A stretch of 63,832 bases of DNA, counting the filler, from Bigelowiella natans CCMP2755 (Eukaryota; Protista; Cercozoa): assembly GCA_000320545.1 (NCBI GenBank). It is 6 parts of 6 records of this genome, joined end to end, with 100 filler letters (N's around TTAATTAATTAA, not from the genome) between each part and the next. Parts side by side here need not be neighbours in the genome. Positions count along the whole stretch, not along the records: positions 1 to 13,062 come from ADNK01001103.1; positions 13,163 to 23,177 come from ADNK01001863.1; positions 23,278 to 30,397 come from ADNK01001282.1; 3 more parts are not named here. The stretch is one strand, 5' to 3'. The position numbers were made by a program, and so were the translations under genes. Every line of letters begins with the position of its first letter. The stretch's first letter is position 1. Positions 11,746-25,879 of the stretch are shown one piece after another. The notes under the pieces are model-generated. The model was not told where the DNA came from. It ran no database searches and saw only the letters and a list, made by a program, of their open reading frames with translations.

Positions 11746-12906
11746 TCAAACTTTAGTTGTCAATGAACAATGAACAATTCATTGTTGTTCATTTGTTCAT
11801 GAATAGTGACCTGATCATCGACCTGCGCATCCTAAAGGCAATTGCGGTGACACAAAATAAACATTCCGTTGTGTCCCTGGACCCTGGCTGGCGTTCGTAC
11901 CTTCTATGTTCTTGCACACATCGCGTAAACACGCACAAATTCTATGTCATGTTGGATTTTTTCCCAGAGGTCTTTTTTCGATCTGGTTTCCAAAACCACC
12001 TGCGATTAATGTGTTGTGCGATTTTATTTTTTTGCCCATTAGACGTTGCAACCTCGATCTGCGGCTCAACACATGAGACGGATGTAATGAAGTGATGTGA
12101 ATCTTTTCAATGGTCATCCAATAAATATCCTAATGTGTAGCTATGCAAAGCAGCGTCTACGCAGCGCTTACATTATATCTATTTATCTCTTCTATTACAT
12201 GTTTCATGCGTTTAAAAGCATCTATATCCGGTCGTTGATGTCGTGTAGTGCGCTCTACAGCCTGTGAGGGCTACATACATGGCACATTGCAAGCTGTGGC
12301 ACGTGATGCACGCTTGCTTGCGCTACGTGCAAAGCGCATGCATTGCCTCGAGCCATCGCTAGATCGCATGCATGCGACGAGTGCCGCACAGTTTAGCCAA
12401 TGTCGAAATGATTGGTCGTGCTGGAATGCACCATGCTAGCATGCCACCATGGCATGGGCTTGCAACGCACACATTGTCCTGAAGTGCGTCTCAGTCATTC
12501 AGTCATCGTTCACGTATACACGGTTCGATGCACGACGACTGGGCATTGCTGCGACGCGGTTTACTTGTTGCATGTGCACACATTGATCTTGCAGAGTTGT
12601 GGATCTTCTGAATCTATCAGCGAGCAATCACATTTATCATGCAAGTGCTCTGCATGTGATACTGCCCTTTTCTTCCACTACTTCTGCGTGACGATGTTCA
12701 TGAATCTGAGCAACAGCATAGCAATGACGACCACGACGACGATGAGCGGGCAACCAACGTAAAACATCCTCGCATATTCCACACCCTCCATTTGCATAGA
12801 ATCGCAATCGCAGCTCCAGTCGCGATGAAAGGATGATGAGGAGAAAATTGCTCAAGAAAGCAGCTCTCTCTTCCCTCACACAGAAAATAAATTGACAAAA
12901 GAGATA

Positions 12907-12946
<40 letters not shown>

Positions 12947-12954
12947 ACGCTTAC

Positions 12955-13062
12955 TCGGCGCGCGTCCGTTGGTCATTCTTGAAGTCTCCCCCCAGCTTCG
13001 TCGTAACAGTCGACGAAGCGTGGTCTTGGATTCCACGTGTTTTAACGCAGTGGTGAACAGCG
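12955..13062 (-). CDS. folE: GTP cyclohydrolase I (FolE), near-C-terminal exon; rest lost at contig gap
   Basis: [35 protein letters not shown] matches the FolE C-terminal HxCxxxRG motif, followed by a GTAAG donor. Confidence 0.8.
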
Positions 13063-13162
13063 NNNNNNNNNNNNNNNNNNNNNNNNNNNNNNNNNNNNNN
13101 NNNNNNTTAATTAATTAANNNNNNNNNNNNNNNNNNNNNNNNNNNNNNNNNNNNNNNNNNNN
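13063..13162. other. Artificial contig-join spacer (N-TTAATTAATTAA-N); also at 23178-23277, 30398-30497, 51081-51180, 62407-62506
   Basis: Identical 100-nt N blocks containing a six-frame stop linker. Genes are cut at each one. Confidence 0.97.
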
Positions 13163-13333
13163 GGGGGGGGGGGGGGGGGGGGGAGAGAGTGAAGTAGCAG
13201 CCGTAGCATTAGTAGTGGTAGTAGCAGCAGCAGCAGCACAACAAACACTGTGAGTACTCTTTATATCACTATACACACACATGGAATTGCTGCTTACTGC
13301 TGCTGTCTCAAGAACAACAAAATAATAAAATAC

Positions 13334-14513
13334 CCTGGCCCTCTTGTGACTGGATACGAGCACACGCCAGCTGCTTGTCGTTGACAGGAATACCATCCCT
13401 GCGTGCCATTTGTCATTGACAAATCGAACGAATTAAACATCGTGATTGTGCAACGACGTGCTGTTTCACACCATAATAACAGGATGATACCGTGCCATAG
13501 CTTTCTCCATCAACGTCAATGCGTCTGTTGCGACCTGAGCGTGCCACACAGAGAGGAAGGGAGGGAAGGGGGGGGAGGGGGGGGGAGCAGCACCTACTCA
13601 CGCACATGTGTGCATGCAGAGATGCAAATGTACATAATACGAATTGAAAAGAATGGATAGAATAGGAACTGCGTCACCCTCTGCTGTTACCTCTCATTCG
13701 AATCATACAAATGGTTTCTCAATGAGACTTGGTACTCTCTCATTTCTCTCTTCTATGTAGACTACGTGTATTCCATGATAATGCAGATGTGAGTACATGT
13801 ATTATGGGGAAAAAAAAGCAGCATCGTTTATCAACTCATTTCTTTTTCTTTGTCGTAAGTGAAGGATGGACCTGGTGTCCCAGCCCGCGACTGCCGCTAT
13901 GTATCATCACGCAAATCTGTAGCAGATCGACAACGCACAAAGTATCATACAAGCAGCACATGTTACTATTAGGAAGCCGGAGAAGGAGACATTCCTGACT
14001 ACTTCCCAAGTTATCTTCATGAGCAAAGTATCATTGGGGAGCAGCAGCTAGTTGTTGATGTCGTTGTCATGGTAGTAGCATGACTGGAAGAGACACGGAG
14101 ACGATAATGAAGGAAAGAGAAGTTCTTATCATCGTCATCACCTGCCCTTTCTTGTCTATCCCCATCCTCTTTGCCGCGACCTCGTCGAAAATTTCGTCCA
14201 CAACTGAGTTGGTTAGTTGTGTTGTGGGGAAGGGAATTGAAAAAGGGGGGTGGGGTAAGAAAGGGTATGGCGGCATAGCTTACGTCGATGAGAGCAACTG
14301 TCTTGTATGAATGAGCTAATCTACAGCACACGAACATAAACTACATGTAGTATAACAAGCGGGGGAGCACTATTACTACTACTACTACTACCTTGAATCT
14401 CAGCGTAATGGTTGCCGGCGCCCAGGGTTCCTGGTGAGTGTCGTTGTTAGAGGCCATGCTTATGATGGTTGGGGGGGGGGGGTATCACATGCTTTATGTA
14501 TCATTGTGTTGTT

Positions 14514-14583
<70 letters not shown>

Positions 14584-15505
14584 GATGCGTGATGAGTTCG
14601 GTATTGTCAAGACTGGAACACAGCAGGCAGCAAATGGGGGAGGCACTACCCAGTTGAGGAAGGCCCCTCTTCTTGGCCCTTTTGCTCACCTGATGGTGAT
14701 ATAATGATATTAAAGATAAAAATGATGATGATAACAATGAAGGGGGTGGGGGAGAACGATAGAGGAAGAAATCACGGATAAATGAAATATACGCATAGAA
14801 GATTAAGAAGAAGAAGCAGAAACGGCCTTCTCGACGAGAGAAAAGGAACCCGCAGAACCACACATTATCATCATATTAATCGTCAAAATGAACATATGAT
14901 GCACATAATTAACAAGGTAAGTCCGTGTCACCTTCGCTGGGTTCGCATTCAGCATCCTGCCGTACTCCTAGGAACAAGAACAAGAACAAGAAGAAGAACA
15001 ACAACAACAACAAGGAATGGAAACAATGACAAGAGTCAGATGAAAATGGACGACGATGATGACAACAACGATGGTGATAAATGATGACGATGATGATGAT
15101 GATGATGATGATGATGAGTCACAGTAAGACAAAGTAGCTCAGAATATTACAACGATGATAATGATTACAAGCAGCACAAAGCACACCTCACAGTGCTCCT
15201 TATCCTCAGCCCATGCATAACCTACAGTAATATCGCCACTTATTTGAGAAGAAGAAGAAGAAGAAGAAGAAGAAGAAGAAGAAGAAGAAGCTCTCAAGCC
15301 TCAATGTTGAAACAAAATCCTGAAACCAATATCTAAGGCCCCGTTGTTGCTACTTATACTTCATTCTTTTCCATAAATCAAAAAGATATAATAGCAGCAG
15401 CAGCAGGAGGAGGAGGATGAGGATGAGGATGAGGATGAGGAGGAGGAGGAGGAGGGGGACCTTCGCGGAGACTCCAATCCATGCCCATCTCCTTTAAAAA
15501 TCGTA

Positions 15506-15538
<33 letters not shown>

Positions 15539-15690
15539 AATGATGATTTTCACGAAGAGAACGCCATCTCTATGCAATAAAGAGCACACCCACACTTATA
15601 CACATTATTTGTAATGAAGTGCAATTGCCCCAGAGCAACCATGAGCTTTTTGGTTGCTTCTCTCCCTCTCTCCCTCTCTCTCTCTGTCTC

Positions 15691-15728
<38 letters not shown>

Positions 15729-15990
15729 TTCTTGCTTGTTGCAGAGAACAACAAATACGAAATAGTCCCACATGTAGCTACCTAGCAACTACTACTTAAG
15801 TTCTTTGCTCATTGTTGTCGTTATCATGATCATGATCTACTTATCGATGTTATCATAAGCATGCTCTGCCGCTACTGCAAATCCCCCCCCTCTCTACAGA
15901 AAACAAGAGAGCGACCAAGGCTTGATTAAGATCTTCGGCACTCGTGGGAATAATGCCCTTGGAGCCAACACCAACTGTAGTAGAAGAATA

Positions 15991-16073
<83 letters not shown>

Positions 16074-16942
16074 TATACATATATAATCTTTGCGTGAGCA
16101 GCACGTTTGGCCAGCAACAACTGCTTATTCAAATCATAGTATGCATGTTTATTGCCGGCGCTTGCTACTTACCAGGAATGTGGTCGAAAAGAGCCTGGGC
16201 TAACGTTTCTTGGACTTCCTTCACATCCTTCTCCTGTGGTAACGAGAAGTAGCAGTATACGTGTGTTGGTACACGAGCGCAGTATTGTTAATACGACGAT
16301 TGACGACGATGATTTTACCATAAGATTCGTCCTCAGAAGTCTTACGCCACAGTTGATATCAAAACCCACCCCCCCTGGTGAAACGACTGCCTTTGGGTCA
16401 CTTGACAAGCAAATAGAGAGGCCAAAAACAAAGCACACAAAGAATGTGGATGCGATGTGGTTTTGAATGAAAGAATTCTAGATGATATTCTCAAGAGCGA
16501 GCGACACGTTGTCGCTATCACCATGCGTGTCGTTTGCTTGTTACAAAGAAGAAGAGAGCACGCACACACACATGTGTGTGTGCGTGCGCGAGTTGATGCT
16601 ATTTATAGTACCTCATGTCAAATGCAGCCACATTTCCAATTGCAAAGCCGTAGCCCGCATGGACATCAGGCATCGCTACGGATTTCTAGGTAAATCAGTT
16701 ATTTTCCATTATATTCTATTGCACCTATTGGCGTGTTTTGCTGGAATAGTCGTGAGAAAGACTGTGGCGGACAACGGGGGAAATGGGGGGCATCAACTCC
16801 TACACTGCTACTAGGTAGAACGTAGAGGTGTGATAATAGCTATAACCTCCACGATCCCAGGAAGAGATGCGACATTTGCGATCTGCTTCACCGCTGGAAG
16901 GAACCTTTTCGTCGTGACTTCGTCAGAATGCAGAGTAGGAGC

Positions 16943-16990
<48 letters not shown>

Positions 16991-17716
16991 ACAGCTACAC
17001 ATACAACAATCACACGTGGCATTGCCCACACCCTATGGAAACTTTATTACGAATGCTGCTGATACTACTGATACTGCTGATACTATTTTGATTCCTGCAA
17101 CTACGACGACTACTGCAGCTGCTATTTATTATTATCATTATCACTATTATTATTATTATTATTATTATTATTATCATTATTATCATTATTATTACTACCC
17201 GGACTCCCCCCTCTTGACATGGACCCGGAGTTCTTCAAACCTGAGCAAGGAATTGCGCACCAAACTTATTTGCCGAAACACTTTTGCGATAGTGTCTGCG
17301 TTAGGCAGTCGTTTACATCAACTTCTCCAGACTTTTGTTCGCGTAGAATCGGCCCGGGACCTGAAGGATGGCGGCGAGTACAATAATCAATCGTCAAGTA
17401 TTGCGAACCTCGTTCATTCGCCTTTGCTATATTTAATGGTAAGACCTAAACGATTCCAAAGAATCGCTACATGCAGTCACCTTCATATGAGGGACAAAGC
17501 CCTGCTTAATTTCGAACTGTGTAGGGGCAATGCGGCGAATGAAGCCGCACTCGTCTTCGTAGCTACGCTTTCCACTGTGCTTCTTGACGCTGAGGGAGGG
17601 GAAAGGAACACACAGCGACTATTCACACATCTAGATCATCGGCAATCGAAGCCAGAAATTCCATTCTCCCACTCGCCTTCCACAAACCCTCCCTCGGACC
17701 TCCCGAAGTCAGTCAT
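13334..17716 (-). CDS. RTCB: tRNA-splicing ligase RtcB (eukaryotic RTCB), 3' part truncated by gap
   Basis: [12 protein letters not shown]|[92 protein letters not shown]. Confidence 0.95.
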
Positions 17717-18979
17717 CGTGCTGGAGGAAGCCCCCTTGTTGAATGAGCTGTATCGCCGATCAAACTATGCAAGAATACCCTCAAAATATCTACTTTTTTT
17801 AGACCAAAAGTAATCGAGTAGACAACAACGATTGACAAAATAAACTTTCAAAACATTAGAATCAAGACATTTTTTTGAGCTCAAAACAACGGAATCGACA
17901 ACGATTGGCTGATTCGTGGAAGAAAAAGAGCTTCCGAACTCTCAGCTTGGAAGTTGCGATGGCCGGATGAAAGTGCTGGTCTCTCAGAGCACGGGGCTTC
18001 GTCTGCAGCGATGTGAAGATCAATGTTCCAACGTCCAGTTTGATGCTCAATTGCAATTGACCAATGAGGGGGAAGAATGATTCACATCCGCAAGATCTGG
18101 AGGTGGACAAAAGCCAGAGAGCGGGCCAACAAGGTTTGGAGAATCGACTGTCTCGACCAGCGGAGTGCTGTTTCCAAACAAAGTTGTGACTGAACACGCG
18201 CCGATGCGAGCTCAAGGCAATGCAACAAAACCGTGCTCGCCGTGGGTTTCATCGCTTGAAGAATCGGAGCTTCTGGAGCTTGCTAGCTTGGTGCACTTCG
18301 ATCACACCGTCCAATCAGGCGCATTGACAAGTGCATGTTGCTTGCGCTTCACTTCGTGCAACACTTTGGCAATGACAGCCTGTTTCCAGGCAAAAGGTGA
18401 TGCACGTGCACGTGTCAGACACATTGTGAGTGTGAGTTTGAGTGTGAGTGTGTGTTGTGTGTCTTGCTAGTTTGCCAGCTTGCTAGCGGCGTGCAGCAGT
18501 GGAGCACGCAACAGGATGTGGTGTGATGATCGCGCGTAATGCAGACTAATGATGCAGATGGCGCAGCGAATGTTCAAATGTGAAATGTGCATAGCGAAGA
18601 AGATCAACTGCACTGCAATTGAAGTGAGTAGATAATGCAGGCAATAAAACTTAGTGTACGATTTTAATCTTGCTCTTCTTGTCCTCAAATAACACATTTC
18701 AAAACAATTGTGCGAAGCAAATAGCATGCATGGTGTGTATTAGAGGCCGTATTGATTCCTTGACCACGTTGCTCACCCGTTGCATTTTCCCTTCTGCCGT
18801 TCTATAAACGTCTTCTACGTTCTTCCAATATTGTTTCCTGTTTGCCGATAAAGTGAGATTCTAATAATACTATTCCCGACCCATGAAACATAGTCGGTGG
18901 TTTCGTCGTTGCAATTCATTCCTTCCTCCTTGCTTGCTTTGGCACATATAGAGGGTATTAGCGTCCAGAGGGGCCAGTA

Positions 18980-19751
18980 TTAAGGACTTCGGTGTAGTTT
19001 TCAGGGAAACGACCAGTCTGGCGATATGCAACGAGTAGAATGATGAAGAGTCACAATAACATCCCCCCTCTCCGAGAATATGAAATGTAAAATGTTGATA
19101 TTTTTTGGTACCAAATACACTACTGCTGCTACTACTACTACCACTACTTCTATTACTACTACTATTACTACTGTACTGTAATAACACTACTAATCTTCCT
19201 ACTACTGCTACTGCTACTACCCTGTTGCCGATCATGCCTTCCCACCATCCATCATCTGAAGAATCTGCGAAAATGAATACGAAATAGGCAAGGGAGGGGG
19301 GGGGTCAACAAGGTGGAGATAAGTCTGGTAGTGTCCAAACGATTACAGCACACACAGGAAAATGCACGAATGAATCCACATCGTTTCAAAGATGCAAACG
19401 ACACATGCGAACAGGTGACATGGTGGTTATCTTGACCAAGAACATAGATAATCTCCCCCTTCGTGAAGCTCAGATCGCCCTCTTCTCCCTTCTCGAAGTC
19501 GAATGTCGCTATCCGCTGTTGTTGTTGTTGTTGTCAAAACGCAGCATAGAAGAAGAAGAAGGAGAAGAAGAAGAAGAAAGAGGTACGGTTAATTTTTGCC
19601 ACAGCCAAAGAGGGGAGGGGGCATGTAAAGAAAAACTAGAAGAAGCGGAAGGAGAATGATGGCATTGTTACTGATCTGGTTGGTTGGTGAGTGGCTTCCT
19701 TCGTTGTAGTTGCTGTTGAGCTAGAAGTACAATGTGTAGTATTATGTATAT

Positions 19752-19783
<32 letters not shown>

Positions 19784-19836
19784 AGTGATGCAGCACCTGG
19801 TTAATCGTCCCAGCATCTGGATCCTGCACCACCTGT

Positions 19837-19929
<93 letters not shown>

Positions 19930-20446
19930 AGTAGTAGGGTATTTATGATGTGCCGCGCTATTTAGTGCTTACTTGGCGCATGGACTTCACATCGTCAAAT
20001 CAAAAAATCAACAAATGACATGACGAGACAACAGAAGACAATAAATCCACAAAACCACCCATCTCCCTGGCCTCCCCGCTTTTGCACTACTTTGCTGCCA
20101 CTACGGTTTATACCTTGATATAGTTGGCCGGAAATTCCCCAATCTTGTCCGAATTCGAAGGATGATACCCTAATAATGGTGGCCACGATGACGATGACGA
20201 CGATGATGAAGATACCACATTTCTCACCACACAGTAGTACCGCACTCCTATCATGCTGTCAATCAGTCCCACTGCTGCTGGCATTTGCTATGCATCGCTG
20301 CTACTACTACTTCCTACTACTACTACTCAGCTAATCTGTTCGTACGCACCCTGCCACCACTCGGGGTCGGTACGGTCAGTGACGACGATGAAGTCTCCGA
20401 CTTGGAACCCAAGATCATCTGCCTCCTGTTGTTGTTTCGTAGCATG

Positions 20447-20489
<43 letters not shown>

Positions 20490-21251
20490 CACACACACGC
20501 ACGCGGTGATATAATGGCAACAGTCAGCATGGCGGATGGACAACGAACAGAGCGGTAGTTGGAAGAAGATGCAAGAAGAAGGAAAAAGATGCAGTAGTGA
20601 GTGGCGCGGCTGCAGATTCTGTCTTTGCTCGTCGTTAAAAAAAATTAGCCGTAAGATAATGCAATTTTGCTGCTGCTGATGATGACGCTGCTGCTGATGC
20701 TCATGTACACATTGTACTACCTCTGCTTCGAATTCAAATTCCGCACGTGCGACAACCGGATGCGCAGGACCCGCGATTTTACCCTGGGATGGGAGAGGAG
20801 AGCAAGCGGGGGGGGGGGGGGAAGGAGATGTCATTATTTAAACAAAAACAAACAGATTCTTCCTCTCACCCCCCTCTCCAAATATATGCATGTATAGCAT
20901 GCACACAAAGACTGCATCTGCGGATGGCACAAACATACCCCAGGTTTCTTAAATTCAGAACCCCTTCGCATTGACTTAGGCATCGAGGGAGGCTGTTGAG
21001 GGGGACCTCCACCTTCCCCCCCTGCCAATGGAGGGGGGGGGCCTGACCAGAGAAGAAAAAGAGCGAAGGCAACATCAATAAATCTCATAATCTACTAATT
21101 TACAGAAGAGGCGTCCTCTACCTGGCGGCTTTGACCCGTCATTAATCGGGGGAGGGGGCACACCTGATGGAACTGCTGTTCGGAAACACGAGATAGAAGC
21201 GTGATGAGGCAAAAGGAAGAGGGGGGTCAAATTAGGTATTGTCGTTATCAC

Positions 21252-21288
<37 letters not shown>

Positions 21289-21349
21289 ATCTTGAAATAA
21301 CTACCACTCAACGAACACGGAAATCATTACGATGATTATGAATAAAGAA

Positions 21350-21381
<32 letters not shown>

Positions 21382-22115
21382 GGCGTGTATCACCTCCTCC
21401 TGGTGGACTGATCCCAATCTATACATTTCAATGCGAAGGTGTTAGGAGGGAGGGATGGGAAATGATTGGAGCACGTATTCGGGTTTCTTCCCCCCCCCCC
21501 CCCCCCCCACACACACAAACACACGCCAAACGATACAACAAATACACACGACGTTTTGCACTCCACGCATGGTGGATTACTCCCTCAGAGGAACACCAGA
21601 ATCACCGCCATTTTCATCACCATCATCATCACCATCATCACCATCATGCATCCTCATCATGCATCCTCTTCTACGTTGAAGACAACACTGACCGGTGGGG
21701 GAGGGCCCCCATGATTTTGTGTTGGGGGGGGGGCCAAAGGAGGCGGGCCTTTACTATCAGAAGGGTTTGGAGGGGGGGGCTTGTCCATGCCGCTGCCACC
21801 ATAAGCAGCAGCAGCACCACCACCACCACTACTAGCAGGAGGGGGCGGTTTGCTATCTTGCTGCGGAGGCTGAAACGTCCTATTCACGCCTTCCTGAAGT
21901 GGTTGAAGTTGCGGTTGTGAGCGGCATACCAGAAGCTGTTGCTTACGCACACGCACGCGCACGCGCACGCACGCAAGCGCCTAAATTGTGGTTGTTTGCT
22001 CGAATACCTGCTCGAGGAGAGGCATCATGTGGTGAGCGTAGGCTTCAAGAACTAAGGGGGCTGGAGAGCTCATCTTCGACTCCCTGTGTTAGCCATAGAA
22101 ACAGCAGCGAGGAGA

Positions 22116-22155
<40 letters not shown>

Positions 22156-22434
22156 GCGTGTTGCGTGCTTAGCTTTACCGATGCAAAGAAGCACTTCTAT
22201 CTCTCATACAAGCACATTAGAATAATAACACTTTCGCGTGTAAAAAGGAATATATCTAGTAGCGTATGATGTGGTCCACGATGCGATGTGCATGCGTGTA
22301 TGTGTTGAGAAAGCAGAAGAAGAAGAAGAAGAAGAAGAAGAAGAAGAAGAAGAGGCGGGGGGGGGGGCGGGGGTTGCGGGCTGATTTCACTCGTTACTAC
22401 TACTACTACGACTACTACTACGACTACTACTACG

Positions 22435-22466
<32 letters not shown>

Positions 22467-22572
22467 CACTACTACTAAGTAGTACGTACCTTTTGGCCTT
22501 GGAGAAGAATATGTCGAGATCCGTTCTTGCGTCGACTTGATTTATCTAGAAATAATACAACAACCATATATT

Positions 22573-22616
<44 letters not shown>

Positions 22617-23004
22617 GGGTCGATCTCTGTGCACTTCGAAAGACCACCACTATCTCCACCTCAACCACCACCAGCATCACCACCACCAGCATCACCACCA
22701 CCAGCAGCAGCAGCATCAGCAGCTTTACCTTCTTAAGTGCCTGCTCAAAATTGGTTTGTATACTCGCACAAAGGCTGAGGTGCTTCCGGGTGATCAGTGT
22801 GAGGCTGGCTTTGGACTGATAAACATCAAGATACTTATCTTAAATGTACATGCACATATATATATATATATATATATATAATAAATATATGTGTGTGTGT
22901 GTGTGTGTGTGTGATATTATATATTGGTGTGCATATAAGATAGAGCATTCTCTCACCGCCTCGACTCTTTTATGCTCAAGTGCTTGCAGGTCATTGAGGA
23001 TCTG
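18980..23004 (-). CDS. Coiled-coil, proline-rich, tandem SH3 protein (possibly F-BAR/Bzz1-like), 5' truncated
   Basis: SH3-1: ARAEFEFEA|EADDLGFQVGDFIVV..EWWQG|..GEFPANYIK. SH3-2: FDFEKGEEGDLSFTKGEIIYVL|DDGWWEG|TGRFPENYTEVL*. Pro-rich exons. ILNDLQALEHKRVEA resembles the end of an F-BAR domain. Confidence 0.8.
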
Positions 23005-23399
23005 GCAAACAGATAACGAGGACGACGACGACGATGACGATGCGTATATATCAGTCAAAAAAGGGAGGAGAGGAGGCAAAACTAAGGAGGGAGAGCTTTC
23101 CAACGCAATGAACCCCATCATCATTATTCCTCTTTGCAAGCAGCTTTATTTCAATATAATATCAGCAAAGCTCTTTGNNNNNNNNNNNNNNNNNNNNNNN
23201 NNNNNNNNNNNNNNNNNNNNNTTAATTAATTAANNNNNNNNNNNNNNNNNNNNNNNNNNNNNNNNNNNNNNNNNNNNTTGTCACGGTGTGTGTCTGTGTG
23301 TGTGTGTGTGAGTGTGTGTGTGTGTGTGTGTCTGTGTGTCTGTGTGTCTGTGTGTGTGTGTGCTTGAACTCATGACCGACATTCAAACAAACAAAAAGG

Positions 23400-23826
23400 C
23401 GGTCGGCAAAGCAACGCCCGCGTCGTGACGTGGAGCGACGGGTCCCGCACGCTCATGGTGGGTGGCGATCATTACGAGCTCAAGCCCGTTGAAGCGGCGA
23501 GAATCCGAGCAGATGCGATGTATGCACAGGTAGGCAGGAGCACGTATGAGGGTTTTGGCATTCAGCTGCACCGCATTTTCCGCTTTTGCCATCACCACCA
23601 ATATGGCTATCTTTCCTCGAACAGATCGATGGCCCCAGCCGTGAGGAGGTCATAAACGCTGCGAAGGCAAAGGCGAGAGGGTTTCTCGGAAACGTGTCCA
23701 TGAAGCAGGTTGAGAGAGAGGCGCTGCGGCTGCCCGTTCCCAACTCCACACTTCTCTGCCATGGCAAGATCTCGGGTAATAATGATAAGAAGAAGAAGAA
23801 GAGGAGGAGGAGGAGGAAGAAGAAAT

Positions 23827-23862
<36 letters not shown>

Positions 23863-24610
23863 GTATATGCGTTGAGTGTGTGTGTGTGTGTGTGCGCGCG
23901 CGCGCGCGCGTTCTCCCGCCTCCTCCCCCTCCGCCACTACGACGACGATGGACAATGTCCTGTGCAACAACCTTACAGGGCAGCTGAAGGTGGCCGCCCT
24001 CCCCAAAAACCGCGCGCAGGCGGCCTTCAAAATCCTCCGCGCCGAGAGCACCTTGCTCGACCAGAAGAAGCACACGAAGAAGGTGTACAGGGCCATGGAC
24101 TACAGAGAGGAGGAGCGTCAGCTGCAGCAGCGAATCCTGGAGGAGAAGAAGATGGCGAAACGACGGCGGCGAGATGGAAATCATGGGGTATGTTAGGTTC
24201 GGGGAGGGAGAGGGAGAGGGGGGTTGGTTGAAGAAGAAGAAGCAGAATGAGCCAGAGTATGCTTACTTGTTCTTCTTGTTATTGTTGTTGTCGTTGTTGT
24301 CTAAGCAGAGTCAAAAGCCGTCACAGGTGGAGAGACGGCCACCGAAGAAATCCAAGGACGCCTCCTTGAGCAAGCATGACTTAGAAGATGCCAGTGAGGA
24401 CGAGGATATGGAAGAAGAGGAGGAGGAGGAGGAGGAGGAGGAGGAGTACAGCACATATACTAGCAGCAACAAGCGTAAGCGTGATGATGAGGATAAGGAG
24501 GAGGATGAAGGAAGCGAGGAAGAGGTTGACCAGAATATAGAACCACTTTGTCCTCTCGTAGTCATTTTTTTTCAGTTTTCTTTTCTTCATTTTTTTGAGG
24601 GGCGGGGGTT

Positions 24611-24687
<77 letters not shown>

Positions 24688-24864
24688 CGCGCGCGCGTGC
24701 GTGTATTAATCATCATTTATTTTTATATGGGTGCGTGCGTGCATGCGTGTGGGTGTTTCTTCCCTGAAATGCAGATTGAGGATAATGTCGGAATGCGTGT
24801 TGGCACGGGTGCAAAGAAACGGCGTGTTGTGAGCGATGATGACGACGAGTCGGAGTCTGATTGA
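23400..24864 (+). CDS. LEO1: Leo1 (PAF1 complex), 5' truncated
   Basis: SNARVVTWSDGSRTLMVG is the Leo1 signature. Acidic C-terminus ends KKRRVVSDDDDESESD*. Confidence 0.8.
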
Positions 24865-25879
24865 TAACTGGTCGATAGGAAACACGGCTTCAAAATGCAC
24901 ATGCAACACAGAAAGCATGGCCGTACGTGCGCTTTTATCATACACGTCTAACTACCACCTCACATGTCGATCGTGAGCATGATCGAGATTAGGTGCATGA
25001 ATGAAGTGATATTCTACTTTGCTTCTTGCTAGCTTGGTGCGATGCGTGCAGTCGTGCGTCGCACGCTGCTGGCATGCTTTCTAGCTTTGACTGTCACTGT
25101 GGCTTTGCAGTTGCACACATGGCACGCCGCCCTGCATTAGCGAGTCTAGCGAGTGCCACCGCCACCACAAGGCCACAATTATGCAAATTGTCAAAATGAT
25201 CGATTTGCACGTCATTCTCGACGCAAAGGATTCGCCCAGCTGGCGCCTCTCAAACTGCTACGATCGATGCGACGAAACCTCATTGGCCCTTCGATCAATT
25301 AATTGTTGCTCGCTCGCGATTTGCGAATTAGCGTTCGCCCATCTAGCCATGCTAGAAAATGTGCGCACTGCGCACTCCGCAGTGATGACACTGCGCGCAG
25401 TCCTAGCACTGTCTAGCTGGCGTGTGCACAGCACACATTGATCATTGCAACAAAACTGCACAATGGGCATGCGCACATGTTGCACTGTATCCATGGTCCA
25501 CATGTCATTCAATGTCCAGAATGTCGCGGTCTAGCCATCTGCTAGCTGTGCCAACAAACATGCAGATCCAACATTCTCAGTTCTGGCCATGCCTCTCAGC
25601 ACACGGAGGATGGGCCACGATGAGCCGTGTTCGCGCTCTGCTAGCCTGTGTGTGATGCGCAAGTGACAACAATGAAATTGTCACGACCACCAATGGCGGT
25701 GTGGTGTGCGAAGCATGCCCTCGCAAATAAGCGATGCGACTGCAGCATCGTGCTGTGTCACATTGCATGTCATGCCTGATCCCATCCACTGTGACACTTT
25801 CGTCGCTCAACTGAGGCACAACTGACATTTTCCCATCGTTGAATTTGCATTTCAACACACGAATTTTGTGTGCGTACAC

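Noticed and set aside
13063-13162. Repeated TTAATTAATTAA palindrome, and apparent RtcB-FolE adjacency
   Set aside because: Assembly linker. Genes on either side of a gap are not shown to be neighbours.
16830-17813. 327-aa plus-strand ORF
   Set aside because: Antisense to RtcB exons and runs through microsatellites.
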